From NCBI GenBank assembly GCA_964234715.1, contig OZ174283.1: DNA of 64,000 bases. The stretch is one strand, 5' to 3'. The notes below the pieces were generated by a model. It was not told the DNA's origin and did no database searches. It saw only the letters and a program-made list of their open reading frames with translations. This document shows positions 51,801 to 64,000 of this stretch, in pieces. Source of the stretch: Podarcis melisellensis. Taxonomy: Eukaryota. Position 1 is the stretch's first letter. Every line of letters begins with the position of its first letter. The translations under genes were made by a program, and so were the position numbers.

Positions 51801-53984
51801 GAAGTATGCATTACAAAGGAATTTTCCTACTGTACATAAACTATAATTTTGACCAAAGAAAATGAACACTAAAGTAACTTACTAAACAGCACAGCGCAAA
51901 GCTTGAATTGCAATAACCTAATGATTTAAACATTTTATCTTTTTAGTCTTGTGCTCCACTTTCTTGTACAATCATGCTTTCCTGATTTGAGTAGTAAATT
52001 ATTTTTATTGAATGTGTTTCTATTAATTTTAACATTAAACAGACTTTTGATCTAAGTCACATTTATTTTAGCAAAACGTTAAAATCAAGTCAATTGTGTT
52101 ATTTGACTTGTACAATAATATAAGGATTAGAATATACAAGAAAAACGAACACATCCCATTCGGCTATGAAATAGAGGATTATGTTTTCTATTATCAGACA
52201 TTATCCAACCTCGGGCAGGGGTGGAGAAATAGGCTGCAGTTTTATGTGACTGACTGAATTGGAATTCATTCAAAGCATTTTTGCAGAAATATATGTGAGG
52301 CTAGACAGTGCCACTAAGCAAGTAAGTAAACTATTCAATTGTGAGGAGAACAAAGAGGTTACACCAAGAAGACAAATGAGACAGACGGCCTCTCTGAAAG
52401 TACAGCGGAATGCAGAGAGCCCTTTTCACCTGTTGATTCTTGGCTCAACTACAGTCCAGATATGTAGCCACCAAAAGTTATTTACCATCTGTTGGCTTGT
52501 CACTTCTCTGGGAAACTTTGGAAATGTGATCACCCATTTCTAAACAGATTTACTTGGTGCAACAATATATCTAAGTGGAACTTTCACAGAAGAGTACTTC
52601 GCAGTCATCCTGCCCTTTCCCTCTCCTCTGCTGTATCTGTTCGATGCTGGCAGACAAGGATGGCCTGTCATTTAGTCAGAGGGAGGCAGCTGCCTCAAGT
52701 GTTGGACGTACGGAGCAGCAATAAGGTGTTTGTAGACAGCTGTGTGTACTATGTGGTCAGCCTTGCACCCCCTACGGTGGAAGACGCTGCCCCATTACCA
52801 GTGTTGAAACCAGCTGCCAGTGTGGTTTGCATCTGTATGTGGGGAGGAGTGCAGTATGGTCCACCTCAGGCAGTAAAATGTTTGGGGCTGCTGCTCCTAG
52901 TGGAGCCATTGGCTGCAATGCTTATTGCCACATTCCATGTGGAAGAAGTGCGCTACAACTAGACAAATTGCTACGCTTGTAATTAAAGGGAAACCCTGTT
53001 TGCTGCAGCTGCTGACCAATTCTTGGCTGCACAGATGTTGGTTCTGTTCTTATAGTCCTTTAGGTGAGCCACAAGTTTTAAACAACTGAATGGGTGGCTT
53101 TTCCCACATTCAGCTAAACTGATATACTGAATTCATTCTCATGTGTTGTGAGGTGACTGGTACTATAGCTGGGTTTTATAAAGGTCACCAGTGGAGGATC
53201 AAATCAGAACATGGACCTCCTAAGCAAGTGGGCATGATTTGGATGCTGATTCAGAAGGGAAGCAAGACTAAGACTGGATGGAGCATAGGGAAAGGTTAGG
53301 CAGAGACTGCACAGGACCAGATTTGAGTCCATCCTTAGCTATGAGTAGCAGCAAGCTCTGTTTCTTTTCTTCTTTTAATACCCCAAACCCAGCCCTGAGG
53401 TTCTATCCAGCACTCTGTGGAGTTCCACAAAAATGGAATTTCTCCTCCCTCAACCCAAGCCTCAAAATCTGCTCTGGAGGGCCCCCACTGGAGGGTGTAG
53501 AGAGGGGTTGCAAGGGAGAGGAGATGGTAGGGCTGCCATACGTCCGGGATCTTAGACAAGTAAATTGAAAAAAATTAGTTTTTTGGCATATTCAAAAAGT
53601 TGAGGTTTTCTGAAGTCTAGTGGAACAGCAGCTTTGGTTACAACCCCTGGCCTGAAAGGGGCCTTGTCTCGTGACTGTTATGATTTTCTGTTGTAGGTCT
53701 ATTTCTGTCCCTTCTGCAATTAGCCTAGCATATAGTTTACACTTTTTGTGAAATATGTGTGCTACACTTCTGTTTTAGAATGAATTGGTAGCCACGATAC
53801 GCAACATAAATAAATTCTATTGCTGAAATGAATAGAAGCTTTGCTGGGATAGTTTGTACTTTAATGTGCGGAAGTCCTGTTGTTGCAGAATAGGGAAGTA
53901 TGTAAAAAGTAATTATGTCAGCTGTGCTGTCTACTATTGGAAAGCTGGTTATCTGGAATTTCAGTTATCCGAACAAAAGAATTA

Positions 53985-54310
53985 TACCCAAACCTCACTA
54001 CACGAATAGCTGATTCTGATATAAGGAAGAGGCAAACTCTGGCTGTTCAGATTTGTCTGTGTTTCACTGGCTGTTGGCAGTCATTCTGAGAGAAAACCAT
54101 GAATGGAGGGAGATCGGACCATTCAGGTAGCAGGAGAGATCAGGTAGGGAACAGTTTTTCCTTGTATTTGTCTTTTGCTCTGGTTGGCTGCAGCAGTTTG
54201 GGCTGAAACTGGGGGGTGGGGGGTGGAGATAAGAGAAATCACAGATTAGAATGTTCCCATAGGAAATAATGGAAATAATCAACTCATTATGCAAATCTTG
54301 CCAATACCAG
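53985..54310 (+). repeat. Unclassified interspersed repeat, copy 2
   Basis: Colinear with 23900-24200 except for a ~33-bp internal inversion. Confidence 0.7.
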
Positions 54311-57300
54311 AAACTCATTGTATGCTGTGTAAAGATAGCTGGGAAAGGGGAAATTTGCTGGGAGTGGGCAGAGGAAAGGAAGGTCTCCCTTTTCAGAGGA
54401 AGTGTTAAAGTAAATTAGAAAGTGAGATGATTATTGTTGTTGTAATAAAAACCAAAGCTGTTACTGGAGGAAGAAGCGAATGCAAAAAGACAAGACAAGA
54501 GAGTTGAAAGAAACTGGCAGTTTGGGGAAAGGTGAATAGGGTACAAGTTGAGTAGGGAAAGAGAATAGAAGAAATTACAGGAAATGGGTAATAATAAGAT
54601 GTATATGGGACTGGCAATGGGAATATCTTAGAGCCTCTGGATCAGCAAATCCTGTTTGAACTGGTAAGGATTCACAAAACTTTCAGATCAAACTTAGCTT
54701 GAGGAAAGCAGAGTTCCTTCTGGGTGCAAGGAAAAAACACAGGAAAGAACGTAGCAATTTCCAAAAATTGGCATCAATAGAAAGTGATGTTAGTAATTGT
54801 GACATGATTATGCCAAACTCTGCCTCCACCTGCCATCATTCTGAAACTGGGTCTGGGTCTGCACCTCTGTTTTGTGACTAGTGGGCCTCATAAATCTTTC
54901 ATGCATTTGAAGTAGGCCTGGAAATAAGAATCTATACGACCCCGTTGCAATTATGCCAGCACCCTTTAAGTTTATGCATTCATTTAGACTATGGTTGCTC
55001 ATATCCCAGGATTCCTGTAACTTCTCAAACAGTCAGTCATTTCCATTTTCTTCAGAAGCAGACAGAAGGAAAGAGAACTGTCATTTACCTTTAATAGTGC
55101 TAAATCCACTGTGTGTGGAAAGGACACTTTTTAATAAAGGTAGTACCCACATTTCCGCAGCACATAGAACTGCTCTTCTGGGTGTTTGTTAGCCCTTCGA
55201 ACCCACAAAGAAACCCTAGTTTATACATAATTGTTTGCATAAAGACCCACATATAATGGCAATAGCAAATGTTGGAGAGCAGTAGGCATGCCATAGTGAT
55301 ATTTGGGGAGGTAGGGCTGCTCACTTTTTGGTCATTTCGGGGGGCGGGATATATTTTTATTTATTTTCAAGAATTGTATCTAGGTACAGAGTAATAAAAA
55401 TGCCTTCAGCAGTACAGATATTTGTCATTTTTGAGTCAGTAACAGTTATGCAAAGGTTGATGAATGCAATACATCAAGTAACAACAGAACAAATAACTGT
55501 TTAACCCATCCACCCAAATTATTATTTTTCTTAACAATTCACACACAGTACAGTGCATCAGAATAGCACTCAAGCAAAACTCTTGTTGCAAGTGGGAGAC
55601 AAAGAAGATAATTTTGCTGGCATTATTAAAATGACAATTTGTTGATCAATAGCAACTTGTTTTTGAATCTATTCCTTTAGCCACTTTATTTGTACACTTG
55701 TACACTCTTTCATCTCGCTCATTCTAAGCTTTCTTATGAACTGCATCTTAAGCTAAACATTTCAATGATTTTTCCCCTAGAATTTTGCAGGCTTAAAGGG
55801 TTTCTGTTGCCTGCTTCAACTATTTAGATTAAAAGCAGTTGCTGCTGAATTTGCACAGCGTTCAGATGGGATTGTGCTTTCATGCTCCTTCAAACAGATG
55901 GATAACCTCTGTCTGTTGATAGATTTGGATGGCCTAGTTGGCATTTCTTTCATCCCTGAACATACGCTGAAGTACTTGGAAGCTGTTTTGTGAAAGCGTT
56001 AGTTACTCCTGGTTTTAGGCTTGTGTAAACAATAATTTCCTCTGTCCTAGGAATTGTTTCCCCCCTCTTGTTGGGCTAAAATTGGTTGTGGTCTACATGT
56101 TCATCTGTGTTTTTCATTTTCGTTTAGATCAGAATTATAAGGCATAACTGGTTTTGTTTGTATTACACAAATTGGTCGCTTTTGTGATTTTTAAAAAGAC
56201 TTCTATTCTAGTCTTTATTTTATTTTTTGGGTAATGCTGTTCCAAGGAACATTCATTACAACTTCTTTTTTCATAACACATAACATTTTGAAATAATGAA
56301 ATGGGGCAGATTCCTTCTAAGCTTGAGTTAAGGCCAGAATTATTTTTGTGATACCCTGCTTAGCCTTTTCTACAAGCAAGTTTATTTCTTTCCTTCTCCC
56401 TGCTCCTTTGCCCCCACATTAAACCGGTCTTGTACTCCAACTATCTCTAAAAATTTATGAATTCTTTCAAAAATGGATTATTACATTGAAATCTGGTGTA
56501 TATACAGACCTACTCCCAGGTAGGTCTGTATAAGATTGCAATCTGGGTTGTGCAAAGTATGTAAATTAGGCTTCCTCTAACAACAGAATGTGTGAACTGT
56601 GCATTTTGTATTCACAGGGGAAACTAGTACCCATACTTTCAAGCTGAAAAAATATTCAGCATCTGCTATTTGATGCTACTTTCCATAGTGGTATCTGAAT
56701 TGAGCTGTTATTTCCTGAGTATCTGACCCTTAAGCCTCCAGTCCCTTTTTGCACTGCTGTGTTGTCTTAGCCAAGCCAGTGGTGTCCTAAGTTTGGGTGA
56801 TAATATTAGGGTCTTTTATTTAAGCTTTCCAGCTACCTGCCTGTGGTGTTCCATTTGTTCTATGGGCAAGAACATTTTCTCCACATGGGCCTAGCTCCTA
56901 AGTTCTGTTCCAGCAGAGAAATAAATTACAGACTCAGTATAATGAGAACATCAGTGTCCAGTAAATGTCATTTTAGTTGTGAGAGCACTATTATGTGGGG
57001 TAACATTTAAGAATTTTTCTGTAATTTTTCTATTTCTCAAATAATCTTCCAGTTTATACATGATCTGTGTGAATTATTTTGTAGGATAGCTGCTGCTGAG
57101 ATTGCCAGTAGAATGCCAGATATAATACTAAGTCTGATAGTGCCAAAAGCAATTAACTATTTGTTTCAGCCAATTTAAGTATGCTTTCTCAAATAATTAC
57201 ACCTCCTAGCTCCTTAATTGGTGGTGATGATCCTTATAAGATGAATAAGAAAAGGCATTTATTTCCTAACAACTTTAATTCATTATGGCTACCAGTCTTA

Positions 57301-57991
57301 ATAATGAATCAGACAATCCACCAAATGACTAAAATCTGCAGATAGTAATTATGAAAGTTGTCTGGATTGCGAATATGCACTAGACACCTTTGATTATTCT
57401 TCCCTGTCAGCTGGCACCCTGGCTCTGGTCCCAAGAGTTCTCCATACCCCCCAGGTAGTCTCTTATCCTTAGAAATTTCCCCTGGTCATCACAGGACCTT
57501 CCCTGTTTTTTACATTCAGCTTTCCTTCTCTTAACATGCTTTCCTCCCCTTTCTGGCTCACTAGTGGGGTTAACAGCCCCAGACCAGTATTTCCTGTTCC
57601 TCTTTCCTTCTGTCCTCCCCTTAGCCCTCACTATGGCAGGGCAATTTCTCTCTGCTGCTCCTGTGTTCTAAAACTCTTTGGTCTTCTCACTTTGTGTCTC
57701 GTATTTCTTCACATCCTTCCTTTGCCGCTCTGTGCTCTATCTCTCTTCTCTCCCTTTGTCTTCTCCCCCCCCCCCACTCCCTACATCTGTGGGACCAGAG
57801 CCAAGCTCTCCTGTACACAGGCTTTTAAGTTGTTGCATGTTGTGCTGTGTCTTGCCAATGTAGATTATCGCCACGCAGCTCCACGTCAAGTCCTGACACC
57901 TTTGTGTCTTGCCAGACTGGCTGAAAAGCTCCACTGAGACTGCCCCCACTGGGGTCCTCTCACATTCTTAGGGCCTGTCCACATTTGAGCA

Positions 57992-58425
57992 TTGTTGTTG
58001 TTGGCATCCGTCTGGCTCTAAAGGCAATGGAGTATGCTTCCAGGGTCAAAGTCAAACCACATAGTGACATCTCCAGGGAGCAAGCCTGCGCAGTGTATAT
58101 GGAGTTTACTCCTTAGCCTTTTCTTCTCTCAAAGATACCTTCCTGCCCCTCACTTGCCTCTACAGCAGGCATTCTCAGACTTAGCCCTCCAGCTGTTTTG
58201 GGACTACAACTCCCATCAGCTAACAGGACTAGTAGTCAGGGATGATGGTAATTGTAGTCCCAAAACAGCTGGAGGGCCAAGTTTAGGGATGCCTGCTCTA
58301 CAGCAACTACAGGACCTTCTTTCTTGATCATTGAACCCACTATTATTCTCGTCTGCTGAATCCACCAGAGCCTGTCTTCGCACGCAGGGGAAGTCCCTCA
58401 CTCATGGAGGGTTTGAGACCCATTT
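57992..58425 (-). mobile_element. Short RTE-related non-autonomous retroelement, interrupted by a hAT MITE
   Basis: (ttg)n-ggcatccgtctg corresponds to a (CAA)n-tailed RTE-type 3' end on the minus strand. The GC-richer body resumes after the MITE, to gagggtttgagacccat. Confidence 0.55.
58166..58295. mobile_element. hAT MITE with perfect 8-bp TSD
   Basis: TSD ctctacag at 58158-58165 and 58296-58303; TIR caggcat...atgcctg; long internal inverted repeat. Confidence 0.93.
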
Positions 58426-59599
58426 GAGAATTATTTAGCTGTTACTCCACTTTCCCCCATTCAAATTAGACTCGAGAAGTCCACACCCAGAAGTACTTGA
58501 ATATGTGGAGTAACTTTAGTTTTTCCCATTGATATCAGTAGGTGTTCGTTGTATTGTTCTTGTGTTTCCCCCATCTTCTAATCTGTTGATTCTATTATTC
58601 CAATTAAGTATGAATAGGGCATGCATGCAGATAGTTGTATGCAGGCCCACGCAGAGCCTGTCTGAGGCCCAGCACAGGAGTCTTGTTAGGATAAAATAAA
58701 TCTGATTTCAGTGTGACCTAAGCAATGCACTTTTGTTTCACTATTCCAAAAGGGAGTGTGTATACAACTGAAAAGACATTTGGGAAAGCTAAGCATGATC
58801 AGATGTTCATATTTAGGAGAGTTAGACTTTAAAGGACCGTTGTGATTTTCTGTTAAGAGAGCATCTCCTAAAACTGAGTCTACCTGCTTCAGCTTTAATC
58901 AGGAGCAGCTGTGCATAATTAGGCATGGAAGCTTTAAAAAGAGTTGGCTCCCTTCAGAATGGAAACAGTCAGGGGGTCCCTGCCCAGATTCCAGGACTGG
59001 GAGCTTTTCTAAAGATGCAAGAGCTGTCTCCTTTATACTGCTTCATTGCTTAAAGGCAGTTTAGCTTCACAAAAGAACTTCGACTGTGGATTTCGCTGGC
59101 CTGTGCACCAAGAAAACAATATTTTATGAATCTCAACCCCCTGAAACATTCCCTTATGTTTAACTTGAGATTCATGCCGAGTTCTGTCTGGCTATACAGA
59201 CTTTGGCTTTGGCACAGAGCAATGTGTTACGCTTGCTAGCTTTTCAAAAAAGTACCCAGCAAGAATAGTATGCCAGATTAGTCTAACTGAATGTATGCTA
59301 GTTAGAGCTCAGATCGTCACACACAAAATTACTTGCTAAAGTTGGAGGAAAGCCATACTTGATTGTAAATTGCTTAACTTGACCTCCTTTAATGATGTAC
59401 TAGCTAGGTAGCGGCTGTTGCCATAATAGCTATAACAACATTTTTTTAAAAAAAATTCTCTCTTTGTCGGGAATTCGTACACAGACTTCTTTTAATTGCA
59501 CAGTTTGAGCTGTCTCCTACTGTTGAATAATTTAACTAGGAATTTCACACCACTAAAACTAGTTTTTCCATGAACTTAACTGGGCTGCTCCTCAGTGGA

Positions 59600-60659
59600 G
59601 GATAGATGGTGGCTAACAGATTGAATCCTGACAAGACAGAAGTACTGTTTTGGGGGGACAGGAGGTGGGCAGGTGTGGAGGACTCCCTGGTCTTGAAAGG
59701 GGTAACTGTGCCCCTGAAGGACCAGGTGTGCAGCCTGGGAGTCATTTTGCACTCACAGCTGTCCATAGAGGCACAGGTCAATTCTGTGTCCAGGGCAGCT
59801 GTTTACCAGCTCCATCTGGTACGCAGGCTGAGACCCTATCCGCCTGCGGACTGTCTATCCGCCTGCGGACCAGAGTGGTGCATGCTTTAGTTATCTCTCG
59901 CTTGGAGTACCGCAATGCGCTCTATGTGGGGCTACCTTTGAAGGTAGTACTCGCTTGGAGTACCGCAATGCGCTCTATGTGGGGCTATCGGAAACTACAA
60001 CTAATCCAGAATGTGGCAGCTAGACTGGTGCCTGGGAGCAACCACCGAGACCACAAAACACCGGTCTTCAAAGACCTACATTACTCCCAGTACATTTCCG
60101 GGCACAATTCAAAGTGTTGGTGCTGATCTTTAAAGCCCTAAACCAGCCTTTCTCAACTTGTGGGTCCCCAGATGTTGTTGAACTACAATGTTGGTGAACT
60201 CCCATCACCCCTAGCTAGCAAGGCTAGAGCTCAGGGGGTGATGGGAGTTGTAGTCCAACAACATCTGAGGACCCATAGGTTGAGAACCGCTGCGAAACGG
60301 CCTCGGTCCAGTATACCTGAAAGAGCATCTCCACCCCCATCATTCCACCCAGACACTGAGGTCCAGTGCCGAGGGGCTTCTGGCAGTTCCCTTGCTGCGA
60401 GAAGCCAAGTTACAGGGAACCAGGCAGAGGGCCTTCTCGGTAGTGGCTCCTGCCCTGTGGAATGCCATCCAACCAGATGTCAAAGAGAAAAACAACTACC
60501 AGACTTTTAGAAGACATCTGAAGACAGCCCTGTCTTAGGGAAGCTTTTAATGTTTGACAGATTATTGTATTTTAATATTTTGTTGGAAGCCGCCCAGAGT
60601 GGCTGGTGAAACCCAGCTGGATGGGCGGGGTATAAATAATAAATTATTATTATTATTAT
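59600..60659 (+). mobile_element. L2 LINE, 5'-truncated (RT C-terminus plus 3' UTR)
   Basis: ORF peptides NRLNPDKTEVL...SLGVILHSQLS and VVHALVISRLEYRNALYVGLPLK...KLQLIQNVAARLV. 3' end ggaagccgcccagagtggctgg...gggcggggtataaataataaa(tta)n. Confidence 0.93.
60144..60292. mobile_element. hAT-type MITE nested in the L2
   Basis: cagcctttctcaacttgtgggtccccagatgttg...caacatctgaggacccataggttgagaaccgctg splits the L2 sequence aaagccctaaac/ggcctcgg; right TSD copy degenerate. Confidence 0.88.
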
Positions 60660-62979
60660 ATTCAGTGGCAGTCTGTTTCCAGTGGTACTGGTAGGCCAGA
60701 GGGAAGAGGTGAATTGTTGCCAAAGCCAGCTTATTCTGGTTTTGTTCTTTCCTCCTCTTGCCTAATGACACTAACAACTCTTAACTACTGCAGCACATTT
60801 CCTTAGTACTTAACATGTGCCAGCTCTTCTTAGGCAGAGAGCAAGGCCCAGAGCCAGAGCAGCCTGAGGGGCTAAAATCCATTCACCAAGCTTGACAGCC
60901 TTTCTTTCTCCGCCAACATCTCATTTTCCTCCTACTGCTTCATTGTGGGCAAAGACTACAGCTCCCCTTAAAACCTCTTATATCTTTAAGTCTCCTATGC
61001 CTCTAACTCTTTATAGTGAAGAATTGCCTCCTAAGGAGAGCGCCAATAGCCAGTGCCAACCTCTGGACTGGTGGTAAGTAAGGAGCCTGGCAGGAAGGAA
61101 ATGAGCAGGCTGGGGGTTGCCTGAACCTGGTGAGAGAGCGCCCCTTTCAGTCTAATAAGCCAGCATCTACTCCTGCTTTGGGTAGATGCTTTGAAGAGTG
61201 TGGCCTTTATGACACCTCTAAGCAAAATGTTCTTGTTCTTTTCAAAAGGGAGTAGACATCTGGTGGCCACATAGAAATATTGGGCAATTTTAGTTCACAT
61301 TATGAGCATATATGCTGCGATAACAACAGAGACATGTTCTCTACCAAGCCCTGCTTCCAGACATGAAGTAGAATCAAGGAAACCCAAGAAGAGGATGAAT
61401 AAGCAGCAAAATATAAACAATGATGTGAAGGGCGGGTTCTGTTGTGATGGTAAACTGAGTCTAGGAAAGAAGCAGTAAGTGAACTGTGCTGGAAGCTTGT
61501 GATGATGAAGAAGAAGCAAAGGCTTTGTGTGGGAATTCCCCAGGGTGGGGGAGCATAATAAGCATAGAGAAATGATTGGGGGGTGTTTTGAAGGAAAAGA
61601 TGTGACAATGGTAGAACCTCAGCTCGTGTTTTATGAACTTCAGCTGCTTCTGCTCTGTAAGAATTACTATTGCGTTCAAATGAACACCTAAGTAATCACC
61701 CTTTTTGTTTATAAATGACACCTTTGAATGCTCCATTTAAGGGAATATATCATTTCTTCTCAGATTTGTATCTTGAGATATAGCTGACAGTTCATTAGAA
61801 TTCAGAGGAGTCTGAAACTCAAAAGCATACTTCTTGATGCAAGGGTAAATGGGTCATCATCCACTACGTTGTTGGTTTTTGTTGGTTTTTTAAGTGTTTT
61901 TTTTAAAAAAGATGTTGCATAAAAATTGCTTTTAAAGAAGGAGCATTGTAAAAAAAATTTAAAAAACTAATGTGTCACGACTATGGAAATATCTATTACT
62001 ATCTTAAGTAATAAGAATTTGTTAAGCATATTTCCCAGAGGGAGAACTTCACACTAAGTACACTGGTGCCCAGTATTAAAACTGAAGATAACAAGGCCTG
62101 TGCCATTACAAATAATAGTGCTTTGTGTGCGCTCTGCTACAGCACTTTTCAGTAATGCTATTTGCATGTAGAGTTTTAATTAAGAGATAACTGTCACCAC
62201 AGGTTGACTGCAAAAGGCTCTAGTATCCAGCAGAGAGATAAATGCCAGTGCCAAGTTATGCAGGTTGGATAGCATACAGGGGGTCTATAATATAAAATGG
62301 ATTCATAATTAAAAGTCACTTATTACATAGCCATTGTGTTATAGAGAGAAGAGAATGCCTGAAATCTGGCCATTTTATGGTATAATATATTACCTATGCA
62401 TTTTTTTCCTGGCTCAGCTGCATATGATCCTGTTTTAACAGAAAACATTTTATGAACTTTTTGAAGTGTAACTTTATAGTTTGCATATACACACATACTT
62501 AGATTTACTTCTGTCATGTCCTAAGGCTAAGACGATATGGTAGATGGCCACTGTTCTATTTTATAAGATGGGACATTGAATACAAGAGTGACACTTCCAA
62601 AATCTTCTAATGGACATGATCAAACTTCACATACTCCTCCCCTCTTTCCATACATCTGCAAGGAGGACATTGGAAGCTTTCATTTCCACTTCTGGTTAAC
62701 TATGATTTGTCATGCCATCTGGACTTACAAACTGTGGTTGACGTTGCTCTAATTAGTATAAAACACAACTTTAAACTGTGGTTTGTCTAGTTGGCTTATT
62801 TGAACTAGCCATAGTTAATATTAACCATAGTTCAGATAACATGTCACTCTGGGCGACTTAAAATAGAAGCCTCCAAACTCCTTGCAGCCACGGGGGGGGG
62901 GGGGGAGAGAGACAGGGAAGCATGTGATCCCAAGGCTTGCTACAGTTCATTCATGTCACACTAAACCATGCTTTGATAA

Positions 62980-63177
62980 AACAAAATTTAAAAAATCCTT
63001 CCAGTAGCACCTTAGAGACCAACTAAGCTTGTTATTCAGATACTGAAGAAGTGTGCATGCACACGAAAGCTCATACCAATAACAAACTTAGTTGGTTTCT
63101 AAGGTGCTACTGGAAGGAATTTTTTTTTTCCTTTGTTTTGACTTCGGCAGACCATCACGGCTACCTACCTGTAATTA
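62980..63177 (+). mobile_element. Penelope-like retroelement insert with 5' inverted pseudo-LTR arm
   Basis: TSD catgctttgataa at 62967-62979 and 63178-63190. Inverted arm 62980-63036 is complementary to ~63078-63138. Hammerhead core and tail as in the 47.5-kb copy. Confidence 0.85.
63043..63076 (+). ncRNA. Minimal hammerhead ribozyme core (helix I 5' strand altered)
   Basis: CUGAAGA 63043-63049; GUGUGC-AU-GCACAC; GAAA 63065-63068; GCUC then AUAC. The core is identical to 47602-47635, but upstream is AGAUA rather than GUAU. Confidence 0.7.
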
Positions 63178-64000
63178 CATGCTTTGATAAGTAAGACATT
63201 TGAATATGTGATCAATGAGTCCATGTGTAAGGTGGGATTTCAGCTTGGGTCAGTGTATAGTTATCCATTGTTATCTATGCAATGAAATCTGAAAAATTAT
63301 TCGTGCATGTTAGCAACATGGAATTTTGTGAAAATGGATCTCTAGGTTTCTTAAATCTAGGCCAGTCTCTTCATGCCTAAAGGGGGGAAATATCATTGTC
63401 TATGCAGGAGATAAGAGTCTGAGCAAAATGATTTGTCAAATGTATAGGTGCGCCCCCCATTCAAAAAGTATTATATTGGAAAGAAAAAGTATTCTATTGC
63501 TAGTATAAAATCCATATTCACTTCCTGTCATTTCCTGTCTTGCAGTCTATTTGTAAAACATACTGATGTTTGTCCTGTACAGGATTACAGATTCCAAAGT
63601 GCTCTGTTCTGTTCTACAGACACAATAAAGAAGAAATAGATTAAAGCAAGTGGGCTATGCAAATTCTTAGTCTCTGAAACCAGAGCAGAACCATTGAGTC
63701 AAAGTTTGCAGTCAGAGATGTTATAAAACTCTAAATTAATATTAAAATAAAGTGAAACTGAATAATTAAATTATCCGGTTCTGCTATTATATACAACTAG
63801 GTTCTAAAAACTAAGTTGTTCAGGAAAACAAGCATCATATATACAATGTCAATACCAGAAGCTATCCATAGCATCATGAATTTCAAATGAACATTTTCAT
63901 TATGTGCTATCATTTTGTTTGACCATGATTTATTAAACTTTTATAAATAGATATAATTTGAAGGATGTAAACAGTATTTTTTGATCTGTCACTCATACAA

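Noticed and set aside
52492-52962. 156-aa ORF
   Set aside because: Non-ATG start, overlaps a GC-richer repeat-like relic, no domain similarity recognised.
57536-57937. 133-aa hydrophobic ORF
   Set aside because: Product of pyrimidine-rich low-complexity sequence; no homology or splice evidence.

Overview
Vertebrate genomic DNA, AT-rich and repeat-dense. The repeat set (Sauria SINE, Squam2/Squam3-like SINEs, BovB, CR1, L2, L1, hAT and Tc1/mariner MITEs, Penelope-like ends) points to a squamate, probably a lacertid lizard; this is an inference. No intact protein-coding gene is present, and the ORF-track entries are repeat-derived or chance ORFs. Main content: (1) a decayed, intron-less Matrin-3 (MATR3)-like pseudogene on the minus strand at ~1-1080, possibly to ~2900, with a recognisable first zinc finger, 'STNPAP' linker and RRM2 but no RRM1; (2) a CpG-island promoter at ~8.2-9.6 kb with a probable + strand first exon (donor after 9106) and a candidate 12-nt microexon at 10990-11001, after which the window looks like a long intron of an unidentified gene; (3) two TSD-flanked Penelope-like inserts (47.5 kb, 63.0 kb), each with a minimal hammerhead ribozyme core (CUGAAGA-stem II-GAAAGCUC) and fold-back inverted arms. 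There is a 144-nt assembly gap at 3657-3800. All homology calls come from reading and recall, not database searches.
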